32,000 nucleotides of DNA from Streptomyces sp. CNQ-509 (lineage in GTDB: Bacteria > Actinomycetota > Actinomycetes > Streptomycetales > Streptomycetaceae). The position numbers and the translations under genes are program-made. The notes below the pieces were generated by a model, which saw only the letters and a list, made by a program, of their open reading frames with translations, was not told the origin of the DNA and did not search any database. Below, piece by piece: positions 1 to 8,476 of this stretch; the first letter of the stretch is position 1, and the number at the start of each line of letters is the position of its first letter. The DNA is taken from positions 4,459,516-4,491,515 of the forward strand of contig NZ_CP011492.1 of NCBI RefSeq assembly GCF_001011035.1, given 5' to 3'.

Positions 1-562
1 ACGGGCGGCGGAGCTGTGCGGGGTGTGCATGGGGGACTTGCACTGGGAGAACGGCCAATGGGGCCGATTCGTCGTGCAGGGCAAGGGGTCGCGTGGCTCA
101 GGGCCCAGGCCGCGCGAGGCGTACATGTTCCGGGAGGGCCGAGAGCTGCTCTGGTGGTACGTCGAGGAGGTACGGGGGAAGTTCGGGGATGATGCCGAGC
201 ACCCGCGGGCCCCGCTGTGGCCCTCCGAACGCAGCCCGAAGGCGGTTTCCGCGCTGAACGTCCAGATCGCGCCGGCACTCCAGCCGCCGGCCTTCCGCCG
301 GCTGCTGCACAACGCGGCAGCCGCGTATCTACGAGGGCCGGTCACCGACCTGTTTCCGCACCTGTTGCGGCACGCGTGCGCGACGCACAACTACGAGCGC
401 GGGATGACGTTGTGGGAGGTCCAGCGCGTCCTCGGGCACGACTGGGCGACTACCACGGTCCGGTACATGGCGACCGCCCATGCGGACCCGGAGGGTGCAC
501 ATGTGGCTGCCAGCACCCGCGCGGCCCAGCGGCTGGTGATGGACAAGGGGAATCTTCGGTGA
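1..562 (+). CDS. Tyrosine recombinase/integrase, C-terminal catalytic part (5' end lies outside the window)
   Basis: The frame is open from the window edge to TGA at 560-562. The tail carries the phage-integrase catalytic signature HLLRHACATHNYERG...VLGHDWATTTVRY (H-x-x-R, second His, nucleophile Tyr). GC3 is high. Confidence 0.85.
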   Translation, partial: RAAELCGVCMGDLHWENGQWGRFVVQGKGSRGSGPRPREAYMFREGRELLWWYVEEVRGKFGDDAEHPRAPLWPSERSPKAVSALNVQIAPALQPPAFRRLLHNAAAAYLRGPVTDLFPHLLRHACATHNYERGMTLWEVQRVLGHDWATTTVRYMATAHADPEGAHVAASTRAAQRLVMDKGNLR

Positions 563-900
563 AGTGGAATCTGCGGATGGTGGCGGCCCAGCGCGATCTG
601 TGGCGCCCCACGGAGCTGCTGGAGGCTTTCAAGACGGTGGACTTCACGCCGTCGCTGAGCAAGGTCGCCGCGATGTGGAGCGGCAAGCCGGTCACCGTCC
701 GCTTGGACGACCTGGACAAGATCTGTGCCGTGCTGGAGTGCACCGTGGGCGACCTGCTCCAGGCTGAGCCACTCTCGGCCGAGCACGGCCAGACGACGCT
801 GCCCGCGGCCCGGGCGGTCGGCGCTCCCGAACCGGGCACCGGCCCGGTGCGCCCCAGCCCGCGTAAGAAGAGCGGCCCGCGCTCGCTGCCGCCGAACTGA
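559..900 (+). CDS. XRE/Cro-type helix-turn-helix DNA-binding protein
   Basis: GTG at 559 overlaps the upstream stop (GTGA). The product VKWNLRMVAAQRDLWRPTELLEAFKTVDFTPSLSKVAAMWSGKPVTVRLDDLDKICAVLECTVGDLL matches the short HTH proteins commonly encoded beside actinobacterial integrases. The C-terminal tail is Pro/Gly-rich. Confidence 0.75.
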   Translation: MKWNLRMVAAQRDLWRPTELLEAFKTVDFTPSLSKVAAMWSGKPVTVRLDDLDKICAVLECTVGDLLQAEPLSAEHGQTTLPAARAVGAPEPGTGPVRPSPRKKSGPRSLPPN

Positions 901-902
901 GC

Positions 903-3257
903 ATGTCGGCTGCGCATGAACCCCGGCAGTGCCGGGAGTGCCTGGGGTGGGGGCTGCTAGGCAGGCAGCGCGTCTGCCACGGCTGCAGTGCGTGGCGCCA
1001 GCTTCACGCGCAGCGAGGGCGGTGCCCGCGCTGCTGTCACACCCGGCATCTGAACTCCGACCCGCTGTGCCGAGCGTGTCTCCATGCGGTCCGGCTGGAG
1101 AGGGACACCGAGTGGGTCTCCGCCGCACAGACGTGCCGGCCGCGTGACCTCCAGCTTCTGGTGATCTTCTACGGCCTGGCAGCGACGCACGCGCAGCCGC
1201 TGCGCAAGTACGGCCGGCGCACGGTCGGCGGGCGCGAGCGGCTGCACTGGGTGGAGGCCCGCAACGCCCGTCAGGGTCCTTGCCGCGACGACCCGGCCGT
1301 GCTGCCGCCCGTGCTGCGAGGGCAGCTCTCCCTCTTCCCCGTCCGGCATCAGTTGTCCATCCAGGTCTGCCGCCGCATTCTGCAACGCCCGTTGGACGGC
1401 TACGACGAGCTGGTCGAGCACACCGCCGCCTTCGCCGCGGACACCGGTATCGGCAAGCCGATGCAGCGCAAACTGGTCGAGATGCTCCGACTTGCGCTCG
1501 CCGTCCGCGATGCCGACGGCGACGACCTGGTCGACGAGCGTGTCTTGGGCGACATCCCCAACTTCACCCGCTCGGTGCGAGCGATCCTGCAGCGGGCCGA
1601 GATGCTGCGGCCAGAGCCACCTCTTCCGCCCTTCTACCACCGCGTCCCCAGCCCGCGGCCCCGCCTTGCCCAGCGCCGCGTTCGGCCCCTACGTGCTCCA
1701 ACACAGCCGGATCCGACTCCGCGATCGTGCGTTCTGTGCGACTGCTGGTTCAGCGCCTCGCGACGAGGCCGGTGCCTGCGGTGCAGCCAGGCGGGCGGGC
1801 TCGGCGCCGCGGCGGCGATGTGCGGTCGCTGCCGACGCTCCGCCGGGCCCCTCATCGACGGGCGGTGCCGCGGCTGCCGAATTCACATCGCGGTCCACGG
1901 CCCCGGCGCCGAGCACGAGCCCTTCACGCAGCTCTGGTTCGGCGAACCCCTTCCGACGGGCCTCGCTCTCCTACGCCGCCCTGCCACGTCCGCCGCCACC
2001 GAGCACGGCGGACGACCGGTATCGGAGCACCTGGCCTTCCCCGGCCAGCAGGCGCTGTTCGAGGCACGACGCGACTGGCGCCGACTCGCCTACACGCCCG
2101 CTCATCTGCTGCCGACACTGACGCCAGCGGCGGAGACGCTGCTGGCCGAACTCGCCTCCCAGGCGCAACGGGAACGGTGGGAGAAGGGCCCCGTCACCTC
2201 CACCCGACAGACGCTGACCATCCTGCTGTCATGGCTGGGCGCCAACACCCCCGTCCGGGAGACCGACCTGCACGACCTGGCCCAAACCAAGGAGCATCTC
2301 AGCGCCCGGCGCGCAGCCCGCTTCCTGCACGAGCGCGGTCTGCTCATCGTCGACCCGAACCTCCACCGGGACAGCGACCAAGATCGTGTGGAGCGCGAGC
2401 TGGCCGCCTTCCCGGAAACGATCGGCCGCGAGCTGCGCGCGTGGGTGCGCGCTGTCCGGGGCGAAGGCAGATGGGAGCGACCCGGGCGCAGCTACCACAG
2501 CATCGCCCGCTACGTCGGCGTACTCAAGCCCGTGCTGGACCGGTGGATCGACAACGGCATCGACAGTCTCCGGACCGTCACCCGCCAGGACATCGAAGAG
2601 GCCATCGCCACCCGGACGGGCACACCGGCCCGAGCCATCCACATCGTGCTCCGCAACGTCTTCCGAGCCCTTCGCCAGGAACGCTTGATCTTCCGTGACC
2701 CCACCCGCGGACTCGTGTTCTCCGGCATCACCACGGTGCCGCCGTCGGTCCCCTCCGACCGGCTAGCCGGACTCCTCGACCGCGCTCGCAGCGCTTTCGA
2801 CCACGTCGTCATCGTCCTGGTCTGCGTCCACGCGCTGAACGGCACTGATATCCGCCGCCTGTTCCTGTCCGACCTCGACCTACCACGCGAGCGGCTCCTG
2901 GTCCGCCGGCCGGGCCGGCGGCACGTCATCTACCTCGACGAGACCACCTACCGCAGCGTCGCGGAGTGGACCCGGGAGCGGCACCGCCGCTGGCCTGCCT
3001 CCGCCAACCCACACCTGCTGATCAACCGTTGGACCGCAGTCGACCCGAACGCCGCCATCACTACCGCCGCGCTGCACGGGACCTTCCAGCACGCCGGGGT
3101 ATCGATGCAGACCGCGCGCCAGGACCGCATCCTCCACGAAGCCTACGAGACCGAAGACCCCCTGCATCTGATCCGTCTGTTCGGAATCAGCGCCACCACC
3201 GCGATGCGGTACATCACGGCGGCCCACCCCGAGCGCACCGCGAAGCTCCTCCTTTAG
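903..3257 (+). CDS. Large (784 aa) integrase-like protein with two Cys-rich zinc-ribbon-like clusters and a C-terminal tyrosine-recombinase-like domain
   Basis: ATG lies 2 nt after the upstream stop. The N-terminus is CRECLGW..CHGCSAW..CPRCCH..CRAC, and a second cluster reads CVLCDCW..CLRCS..CGRCR..CRGCR. The C-terminal region (IVLVCVHALNGTDIRRL ... RHVIYLDETTYRSV ... LIRLFGISATTAMRYI) resembles a recombinase catalytic fold ending in the conserved Tyr. I could not confirm the full catalytic tetrad by eye. Confidence 0.65.
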   Translation: MSAAHEPRQCRECLGWGLLGRQRVCHGCSAWRQLHAQRGRCPRCCHTRHLNSDPLCRACLHAVRLERDTEWVSAAQTCRPRDLQLLVIFYGLAATHAQPLRKYGRRTVGGRERLHWVEARNARQGPCRDDPAVLPPVLRGQLSLFPVRHQLSIQVCRRILQRPLDGYDELVEHTAAFAADTGIGKPMQRKLVEMLRLALAVRDADGDDLVDERVLGDIPNFTRSVRAILQRAEMLRPEPPLPPFYHRVPSPRPRLAQRRVRPLRAPTQPDPTPRSCVLCDCWFSASRRGRCLRCSQAGGLGAAAAMCGRCRRSAGPLIDGRCRGCRIHIAVHGPGAEHEPFTQLWFGEPLPTGLALLRRPATSAATEHGGRPVSEHLAFPGQQALFEARRDWRRLAYTPAHLLPTLTPAAETLLAELASQAQRERWEKGPVTSTRQTLTILLSWLGANTPVRETDLHDLAQTKEHLSARRAARFLHERGLLIVDPNLHRDSDQDRVERELAAFPETIGRELRAWVRAVRGEGRWERPGRSYHSIARYVGVLKPVLDRWIDNGIDSLRTVTRQDIEEAIATRTGTPARAIHIVLRNVFRALRQERLIFRDPTRGLVFSGITTVPPSVPSDRLAGLLDRARSAFDHVVIVLVCVHALNGTDIRRLFLSDLDLPRERLLVRRPGRRHVIYLDETTYRSVAEWTRERHRRWPASANPHLLINRWTAVDPNAAITTAALHGTFQHAGVSMQTARQDRILHEAYETEDPLHLIRLFGISATTAMRYITAAHPERTAKLLL

Positions 3258-3480
3258 TGCCCGACCGAAGTCACTGACGTGATCTTTCGACGGGGGTGAA
3301 AGGTGAGCCGCCCGGCGGCGGGCCGGAGAAACCAAGCGGTAACTGGATGGGGAAGAACGCCCGTCCGTTCCTGGCCGTGCTCGCCCTGACGTTCCTCGGC
3401 GGGTGGTGTGCGGCGGGGTCACGCAAGGGCTCCACTTCGCTGCAGAGGCACCTGGCACAGACCGTGGCGAGTGCTCAGTA

Positions 3481-3502
3481 CCTGACGCTGTCGGGGATCT
3501 TG
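3481..3502. repeat. IS left terminal inverted repeat CCTGACGCTGTCGGGGATCTTG
   Basis: It is the exact reverse complement of 5593-5614. Confidence 0.9.
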
Positions 3503-3632
3503 GGCGAGCGCGGTTTTGGGAGATCAACGAGCTGAATGGGCGGGCGCCGCGGGAGTGCTGTGCCAGAGTGTGCTCCGGCCTTCGGGGCCGGTCTGGGTGA
3601 AGGTGATGGCGAGCACCTTCAGGATGATCAGC

Positions 3633-5315
3633 TCATCGTGCGGGGCGGGTGGCGACGCGCCAGGAGTGGGGCCGGGGGATGCGCTGCCAGTCGAGGAAGC
3701 CCTGGAGAGCCGTTGGATTTCGGGGCTGGCGAGTCGGCGCTGGCGGAAGATGGGTGCCGATGCGTTCGAGGTTGACCGCGATGGCGGTCAGGACGTGCTG
3801 GACATGGGCCTTGTCCTCGCTGCGGTAGCGGCACTGGCGCATGCCGTGGCCGTTGACGAACTCGCTGATCGTGCTCTCGATGGCAGCCCGCAGCGAGTAG
3901 CGCGAGAGCCACTCCTGGGTCTGCTGCTCGGTCCGGGACTCGGACTGGATGTCGTAGAGATCGCGCGGGAGGAAGGAGACCTTCCGGGCGTCGGTGCGGG
4001 TGCAGGCGGCCTTCACCGGGCATTGCCGGCAGTCGTCCGGGGCGAACTCAGCGTTGACGTAGGGCGCGAGGGAGGGCGGTGTTGACCAGCGGCGGCTCAC
4101 CTTGCCCTGCGGGCAGGTGACCTGCTTCGCATCCCAGTTGATGTTGAATGCTTCGCGGTGGAAGACGGTGCCCTTGCGGGACTGGCGGGTGCTCCTGGCC
4201 CGGATCGGTCCGACCAGGCCGACGCCGTGTTCGCGGGCGAGCTGCTGTTTCAGCGCGACGGAGAGGTAGCCGCCGTCGACGAAGTGTTCCTTCGACAGCA
4301 GATTCCGCTCATCGAGGTTGGCCAGGATGCCGGGAAGGGCCTTGGTGTCGTGGACGGGAGCCTTGGTGGTGGTGACGTCCGTGATCACGCTGGGGGTGTC
4401 CGGGTCGCAGGTCTCGGTGACGTGCGCGAGGAAGCCCTTCCAGCGGGTCTCGCCGCGGCGTGCGTAGCGGGCGCTGACGTCGTAGGGCGAGACGATGGCG
4501 ACGGCCGAGGGCGGCAGGCCGGCGCCCTCGGCTTCGCGCCACTTCGGTCGGTCCTTGGCGTCGAGGTGGTAGTTCTGCACGAAGATCTGCCGCAGGGCCT
4601 GGATCTGCTCTCCGTCGCGAAGAGCGGGCAGCTAGCGGTGGACGTAGCGCAGGAGCAGGCGGACGTCCTCGCCGGTCTCGTTGATCCGGGTCTTCGGCTT
4701 GGAGGGGTTCTTGCCGAGGCGGGCCGCGCGTCCGTAGCGCTTGCCCCAGTCCTCGGTCACGAGGCCGACCAGCTCGTGCGGCGCCCGGCGGGCGAGTTCC
4801 TCCAGGGTGGCGCGCATGGCCTCGGTGACCAGCTCCAGGCGGGTCAGGTCGCGGACCGCGGCCAGGACGTGGGTGGAGTCGGTGCGCTGCCGGCCGCGCT
4901 GCCGGACCAGGCCGACGGCCCGGATCTTCTCCAGTGCGAGGTCGAGCAGCTTGTCGGCGCGGCCTTACTCGGCCAGGCGCTCGCGGAAGTCGGTGAGGAC
5001 GCTGTGGTGGAAGCCGGGATCCTCCAGCTCCATGCCCAGGGCGTACTTGAAGTCGATGCGGTTGCGCACGGACTCGGCGGCCTGCCGGTCGGACAGCTCC
5101 AGCAAGAACTGCAAGACCGACACCGTGGCCAACTGGGCAGGTGACAGGCCCGGCTTGCCGTCTCTGGGATACCACTCCTCGAAGTCCTCATCGCTCCACA
5201 GACCGTTGAGGTGGTCGCGGATGGCCATGGCCGTGGTGCCCTGAGGGTTGCTCGCCCGCGCCACCCGCACCGTCAGCTCGGGAACCACACAGCCGGTACG
5301 GGAACGAACGCACAT
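3633..5315 (-). pseudogene. IS1182-family DDE transposase, interrupted by two in-frame stop codons
   Basis: Three ORF pieces (4965-5315, 4632-4817 with its upstream extension, and 3633-4580) all lie in the same frame. They are separated only by TAA (4962-4964) and TAG (4629-4631). The N-terminus GKPGLSPAQLATVSVLQFLLELSDRQAAESVRNRIDFKYALGMELEDPGFHHSVLTDFRERL is the typical InsH-like N-terminal domain. The C-terminal part (HFVDGGY ... NGHGMRQCRYRSEDKAHVQHVLTAIAVNLER) is the DDE core and tail. Confidence 0.85.
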
Positions 5316-5592
5316 CTCGGACCTCCGAAGTCGCGGGCCCCAACCGTGCCACCAGCGCCGACCACCAGATCCGTGATTCTCGGGTCGGCCGCCACGAACG
5401 GGTGACCACCCATCGACACACTCGCCACTACAGTCACACCGGCATCACGGAGCACGAACGATGCGTTCGCCCAACGGTCACCGGGTCCATGGGAGGCATA
5501 CCGCCGGGCAACCGACCCGTCCACCGACCACCTGACCAGGAAGAACGAACCGTCTACGTGACGTGCTCGCCGTGATCGACTGAACCGGATTT

Positions 5593-5614
5593 CAAGATCC
5601 CCGACAGCGTCAGG
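5593..5614. repeat. IS right terminal inverted repeat CAAGATCCCCGACAGCGTCAGG
   Basis: It is the exact reverse complement of 3481-3502. Confidence 0.9.
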
Positions 5615-5727
5615 CTCTCAGTTCATCCTGATGTCGTAGAGCAAAGCCGACAGGGCCCCCAAGGAGTGTTGCTCCATCGGGGGGCATCCGTGGTGGTCTG
5701 CCGGTCGATGTCTGGAGGTTGTTACCC

Positions 5728-5750
5728 CGGCCGGCTGGTCAGCCGGGCCG
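5728..5750 (-). terminator. GC-rich hairpin just downstream of merB
   Basis: CGGCCGGC-tggtca-GCCGGGCCG forms a stem of 5+3 bp with one bulge. It starts 5 nt past the merB stop. There is no U-tract. Confidence 0.35.
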
Positions 5751-5754
5751 TGTG

Positions 5755-6399
5755 TCAGCAGCAGCCGTGGGGGGTGGGGTCGCCGGCCTGGATCTGTTCG
5801 ATGATCGGGCGTCCGATCTCGAAGGCTTCCGTGACCGTCAGCACCCGTGCTTCGGGGTGCTCGTGGAGCCAGTCCTTCGCGGAGTCTGCGCTGGCGAAGA
5901 AGTGGACTTGGTTGCAGAAGGAGGTGCGCACCGAGCTGGGTGTTTCGGGGGCGACCAGTGAGACGACGGCTGTGGCGGGGTGCACCTGGGAGGGGCCGTC
6001 GGGGGTCACGGTCACGCGGACCGGTTCTCCTGTGGCACGGCATGGGGAGGTCACCTGCGCGGTGTGGTTCAGGACGGCGGGGAAGGCGAGGGTGTCCAGT
6101 GCGCACCAGGTGTAGAAGGTGCGGCCGCCGGTCTCGTAGCGGTGGGGGGTGGGGTTGAATGTCAGTCCGAAGCCGATGATGCGTCCCTGCGTGTCGTACT
6201 CGGTGTCGGGCATGCACGCCAGCGTGTGGCGGATGTCCTCCTCGCTGCGGCCCGCGTGTTCGGCGAGCTGGCTGATCGTGACGGGCTCGCGGGTGGCCAG
6301 CAATGTCAAGAGCGGGCGGAGCAGCGGCATGGTCAGGCCCGGTGCGTTGCCCAGCGAGGTGGTGAAGCGGGCGGCGAACGCCTGGGGGTCGGTGTTCAC
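5755..6399 (-). CDS. merB: Organomercurial lyase MerB
   Basis: GTG start with AAGGAG 6 nt upstream. The product contains the MerB active-site regions FYTWCALDTLAFP (Cys/Asp) and SFCNQVHFFAS (second Cys). Its length of 214 aa is typical. Confidence 0.9.
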   Translation of the reverse strand: MNTDPQAFAARFTTSLGNAPGLTMPLLRPLLTLLATREPVTISQLAEHAGRSEEDIRHTLACMPDTEYDTQGRIIGFGLTFNPTPHRYETGGRTFYTWCALDTLAFPAVLNHTAQVTSPCRATGEPVRVTVTPDGPSQVHPATAVVSLVAPETPSSVRTSFCNQVHFFASADSAKDWLHEHPEARVLTVTEAFEIGRPIIEQIQAGDPTPHGCC

Positions 6400-6447
6400 G
6401 GCGTACTCCTTCTGTGCCTGGAGGCGGAAGTGGTGCGTTCGCTGGCG

Positions 6448-6479
6448 ACCGTAGGGTCTGACCCCGGTGGGAGGGTCAA
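6448..6479 (-). promoter_or_regulatory. Putative MerR-type promoter/operator upstream of merB
   Basis: On the minus strand the sequence reads TTGACC (6479-6474), a 20-nt spacer, then TACGGT (6453-6448). The dyad TGACCC-N8-GGGTCA (6459-6478) overlaps the -35 element and the spacer. An over-long 19-20 bp spacer containing a dyad is the hallmark of MerR-family activated promoters. Confidence 0.5.
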
Positions 6480-6506
6480 GTCGGCGCCGCTTTACCAGCG
6501 GGCGGT

Positions 6507-6923
6507 TCAGCAGATGTCGCAGGCGGCCGTCTCCTCCTGGTGGGCGGCCTGGTATTCCTCAATGCGGCGCAGCATGCGCTGCTGGGCAGCGATGCGCTGC
6601 TCCAGTCGTGCCCGGGAGCGGGCCAGGAACTGGGTGAAGCGCGGGCTGGCGGGACTGGCCGTGACGTTGTCATCCTCGCGCGAGGCGGTGGTCAGGTCTC
6701 GGATCTCGGCGACGGTGAGGCCCAAGCCGCGCAGTGTGCCGATCCGGTGCACGCACCACAGCGCATGGTCGTCGTAGAGCCGGTAGTTTGCCGGGCTGCG
6801 GCCCTGGCTGCAGATCAGTCCGAGGTCGGTGTACGCGCGCAGCGACTTGATTGGTACACCGGTGCGGCGGGACAGCTCCCCGACCGTCATCAGGCGTGTC
6901 CCGCGTCCTTCGTTGATCGACAC
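6507..6923 (-). CDS. MerR-family transcriptional regulator
   Basis: The N-terminal HTH is MTVGELSRRTGVPIKSLRAYTDLGLI...YRLYDDHALWCVHRIGTLRGLGLTVAEIRDL, followed by a coiled-coil region and a C-terminal AACDIC. The gene lies between merA and merB on the same strand. Confidence 0.85.
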   Translation of the reverse strand: MSINEGRGTRLMTVGELSRRTGVPIKSLRAYTDLGLICSQGRSPANYRLYDDHALWCVHRIGTLRGLGLTVAEIRDLTTASREDDNVTASPASPRFTQFLARSRARLEQRIAAQQRMLRRIEEYQAAHQEETAACDIC

Positions 6924-6939
6924 CTTGTCTTCTTCTCCG

Positions 6940-8379
6940 TCAGGCGCAGCAGGACAGCGTGGACAAGTCCCTGGTATAGCTCTGGGCGGCCAGCTTCAGT
7001 CCTTCGGCCATGGTCAGGTACGGGTTCCACGATTCGGCGAGCTGCTGCACGGTCATCCGGTTGCTCAGGGCATAGCTGGCAGCGGTGATCACGTCCCCGG
7101 CGCCGTCGGCGACGGTGTGGGCGCCGAGCAGGCGGCCGGTGCCGCGTTCGGCGACGAGCTTGATCAGGCCGCGGGTGTCGCGGTTGACAAGCGCTCTGGG
7201 TACAAACGAAAGGGGCAGGATTCGGCAGTCGCAGGCGTAGCCGCGCTCGACGGCCTGGCCGTCGGTCATGCCGACGGCGGCGATCGCGGGCGTGGTGAAG
7301 GTGACGCGTGGCAGGTGCCGGTAGTCCAGGGTGCGCCGGGTGTCGTCAAGGGCGTTGTCGGCAACGAGCCTGCCGTGGGCGGCGGCGACGTAGACGTACT
7401 GGGGTTGCCCGGTGACGTCGCCCGCGGCCCAGATCCGGGGGTTGGTGGTGCGCAGTTGCTCGTCTACCAGGACCTCACCGCGCTCGCCGGTCTTGACGCC
7501 GACGCTCGCCAGCGCCAGTCCGTCGGTGACCGGGCGGCGGCCGGTCGCGACCAGCACCCGCTCCGCGCGCAGTTCGTCCGCCTGGCCGCCGCGGGTCATC
7601 GTCACGGTGTACCCGTCGGCCGTGCGGCGTACGGCGGTGACGCGGGCGGCAGTGTGCACGTCGATCCCGTCGTCCCGGAAGACGTCTTCGAGGACCGCGG
7701 AGACCTCCGGCTCCTCGAACGGCGCCAGCCGGTTCAGTGCCTCCACGACGGTGACCTTCGTGCCTAGGTGGGCGAAGAGCTGGGCCTGCTCCAGCCCGAC
7801 GGCATTGCCGCCGATCACGATCATCGACTCGGGCAGGCGCTGAAGCTCCATCGCTGTGGCGGAGGTCAGGTACCCGGCCTCCGCCAGACCGTCGATCGCC
7901 GGCGCCCAGGGGGCAGAGCCGGTGGCGACCACATGGTGCGTGGCCTCGATCGTGGTGGCGCCGCCGTCGTGGCGGGCCACGCGAAGCGTCATGGCGTTGA
8001 CGTCGCCCGTGCCGGTGAAGGCGGCGGTGCCGCGGATGATCTCCCAGCCGTGCTCTGCCGCCAGATCGACGTATTTTTCTGCCCGCATCCCCTCCACCAG
8101 CGTGTCCTTGGCACGCATCAGGGCCGGGAGGTCGACTGGGCCGGGCGTGGTGCGGATGCCGGGGAAGGGCTGGGTGGAGGCACGGTGCCGGGTCTCGGCG
8201 GCGGCCAGCAGCGCTTTGGAGGGGACGCATCCGCTGTTCACGCAGGTGCCGCCCGTCGTCCCGCGCTCGATCATGACCACCGACCGGTCCTTGGTGCGGG
8301 CGGCGATCGCGGCGGCGAAGCCTGCCGCCCCGGAACCGATGACCGCCAGGTCGTAGCCGCTCTTCGGCTCTCTCACCAC
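6940..8379 (-). CDS. merA: Mercuric reductase MerA (actinobacterial short form, no NmerA domain)
   Basis: GTG at 8379 with AGGAGG 5 nt upstream. The FAD motif is DLAVIGSGAAG, the redox-active pair is GGTCVNSGCVPSK, and the product ends with the diagnostic C-terminal LSCCA. Length is 479 aa. Confidence 0.95.
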   Translation of the reverse strand: MVREPKSGYDLAVIGSGAAGFAAAIAARTKDRSVVMIERGTTGGTCVNSGCVPSKALLAAAETRHRASTQPFPGIRTTPGPVDLPALMRAKDTLVEGMRAEKYVDLAAEHGWEIIRGTAAFTGTGDVNAMTLRVARHDGGATTIEATHHVVATGSAPWAPAIDGLAEAGYLTSATAMELQRLPESMIVIGGNAVGLEQAQLFAHLGTKVTVVEALNRLAPFEEPEVSAVLEDVFRDDGIDVHTAARVTAVRRTADGYTVTMTRGGQADELRAERVLVATGRRPVTDGLALASVGVKTGERGEVLVDEQLRTTNPRIWAAGDVTGQPQYVYVAAAHGRLVADNALDDTRRTLDYRHLPRVTFTTPAIAAVGMTDGQAVERGYACDCRILPLSFVPRALVNRDTRGLIKLVAERGTGRLLGAHTVADGAGDVITAASYALSNRMTVQQLAESWNPYLTMAEGLKLAAQSYTRDLSTLSCCA

Positions 8380-8413
8380 AGTCGCCTCCTGTCCGCACTT
8401 CCTGCTATGCGGC

Positions 8414-8458
8414 TTGCCGAATTCCAACCTGCCACATACTATTCGTTTGGGCGAATAG
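8414..8458 (+). promoter_or_regulatory. Divergent mer promoter/operator region
   Basis: TTGCCG (8414-8419), a 17-nt spacer, then TACTAT (8437-8442) form a sigma70-like promoter for the ArsR-type gene. A perfect inverted repeat CTATTCG-N6-CGAATAG (8439-8458) overlaps the -10 element. An AGGAAGG RBS follows. Confidence 0.55.
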
Positions 8459-8476
8459 AAAGGAAGGTGTGTCCGT

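Larger units (their letters stand above)
3481..5614 (-). mobile_element. IS1182-family insertion sequence (about 2.1 kb), transposase inactivated
   Basis: Perfect 22-bp terminal inverted repeats (3481-3502 and 5593-5614) bracket a single transposase-frame ORF. CTCAGT occurs just outside both ends (3474-3479 and 5617-5622) and is a candidate target-site duplication. Confidence 0.85.

Noticed and set aside
1280-2698. 472-aa plus-strand ORF, and several minus-strand ORFs within 391-3527
   Set aside because: They lie off-frame or antisense to the integrase-like gene 903-3257, and their products are Arg/Pro/Ala-rich low-complexity sequence.
4158-5144. 328-aa plus-strand ORF, and the 288-aa minus-strand ORF at 4309-5175
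   Set aside because: They are antisense or off-frame shadows of the IS1182-family transposase frame.
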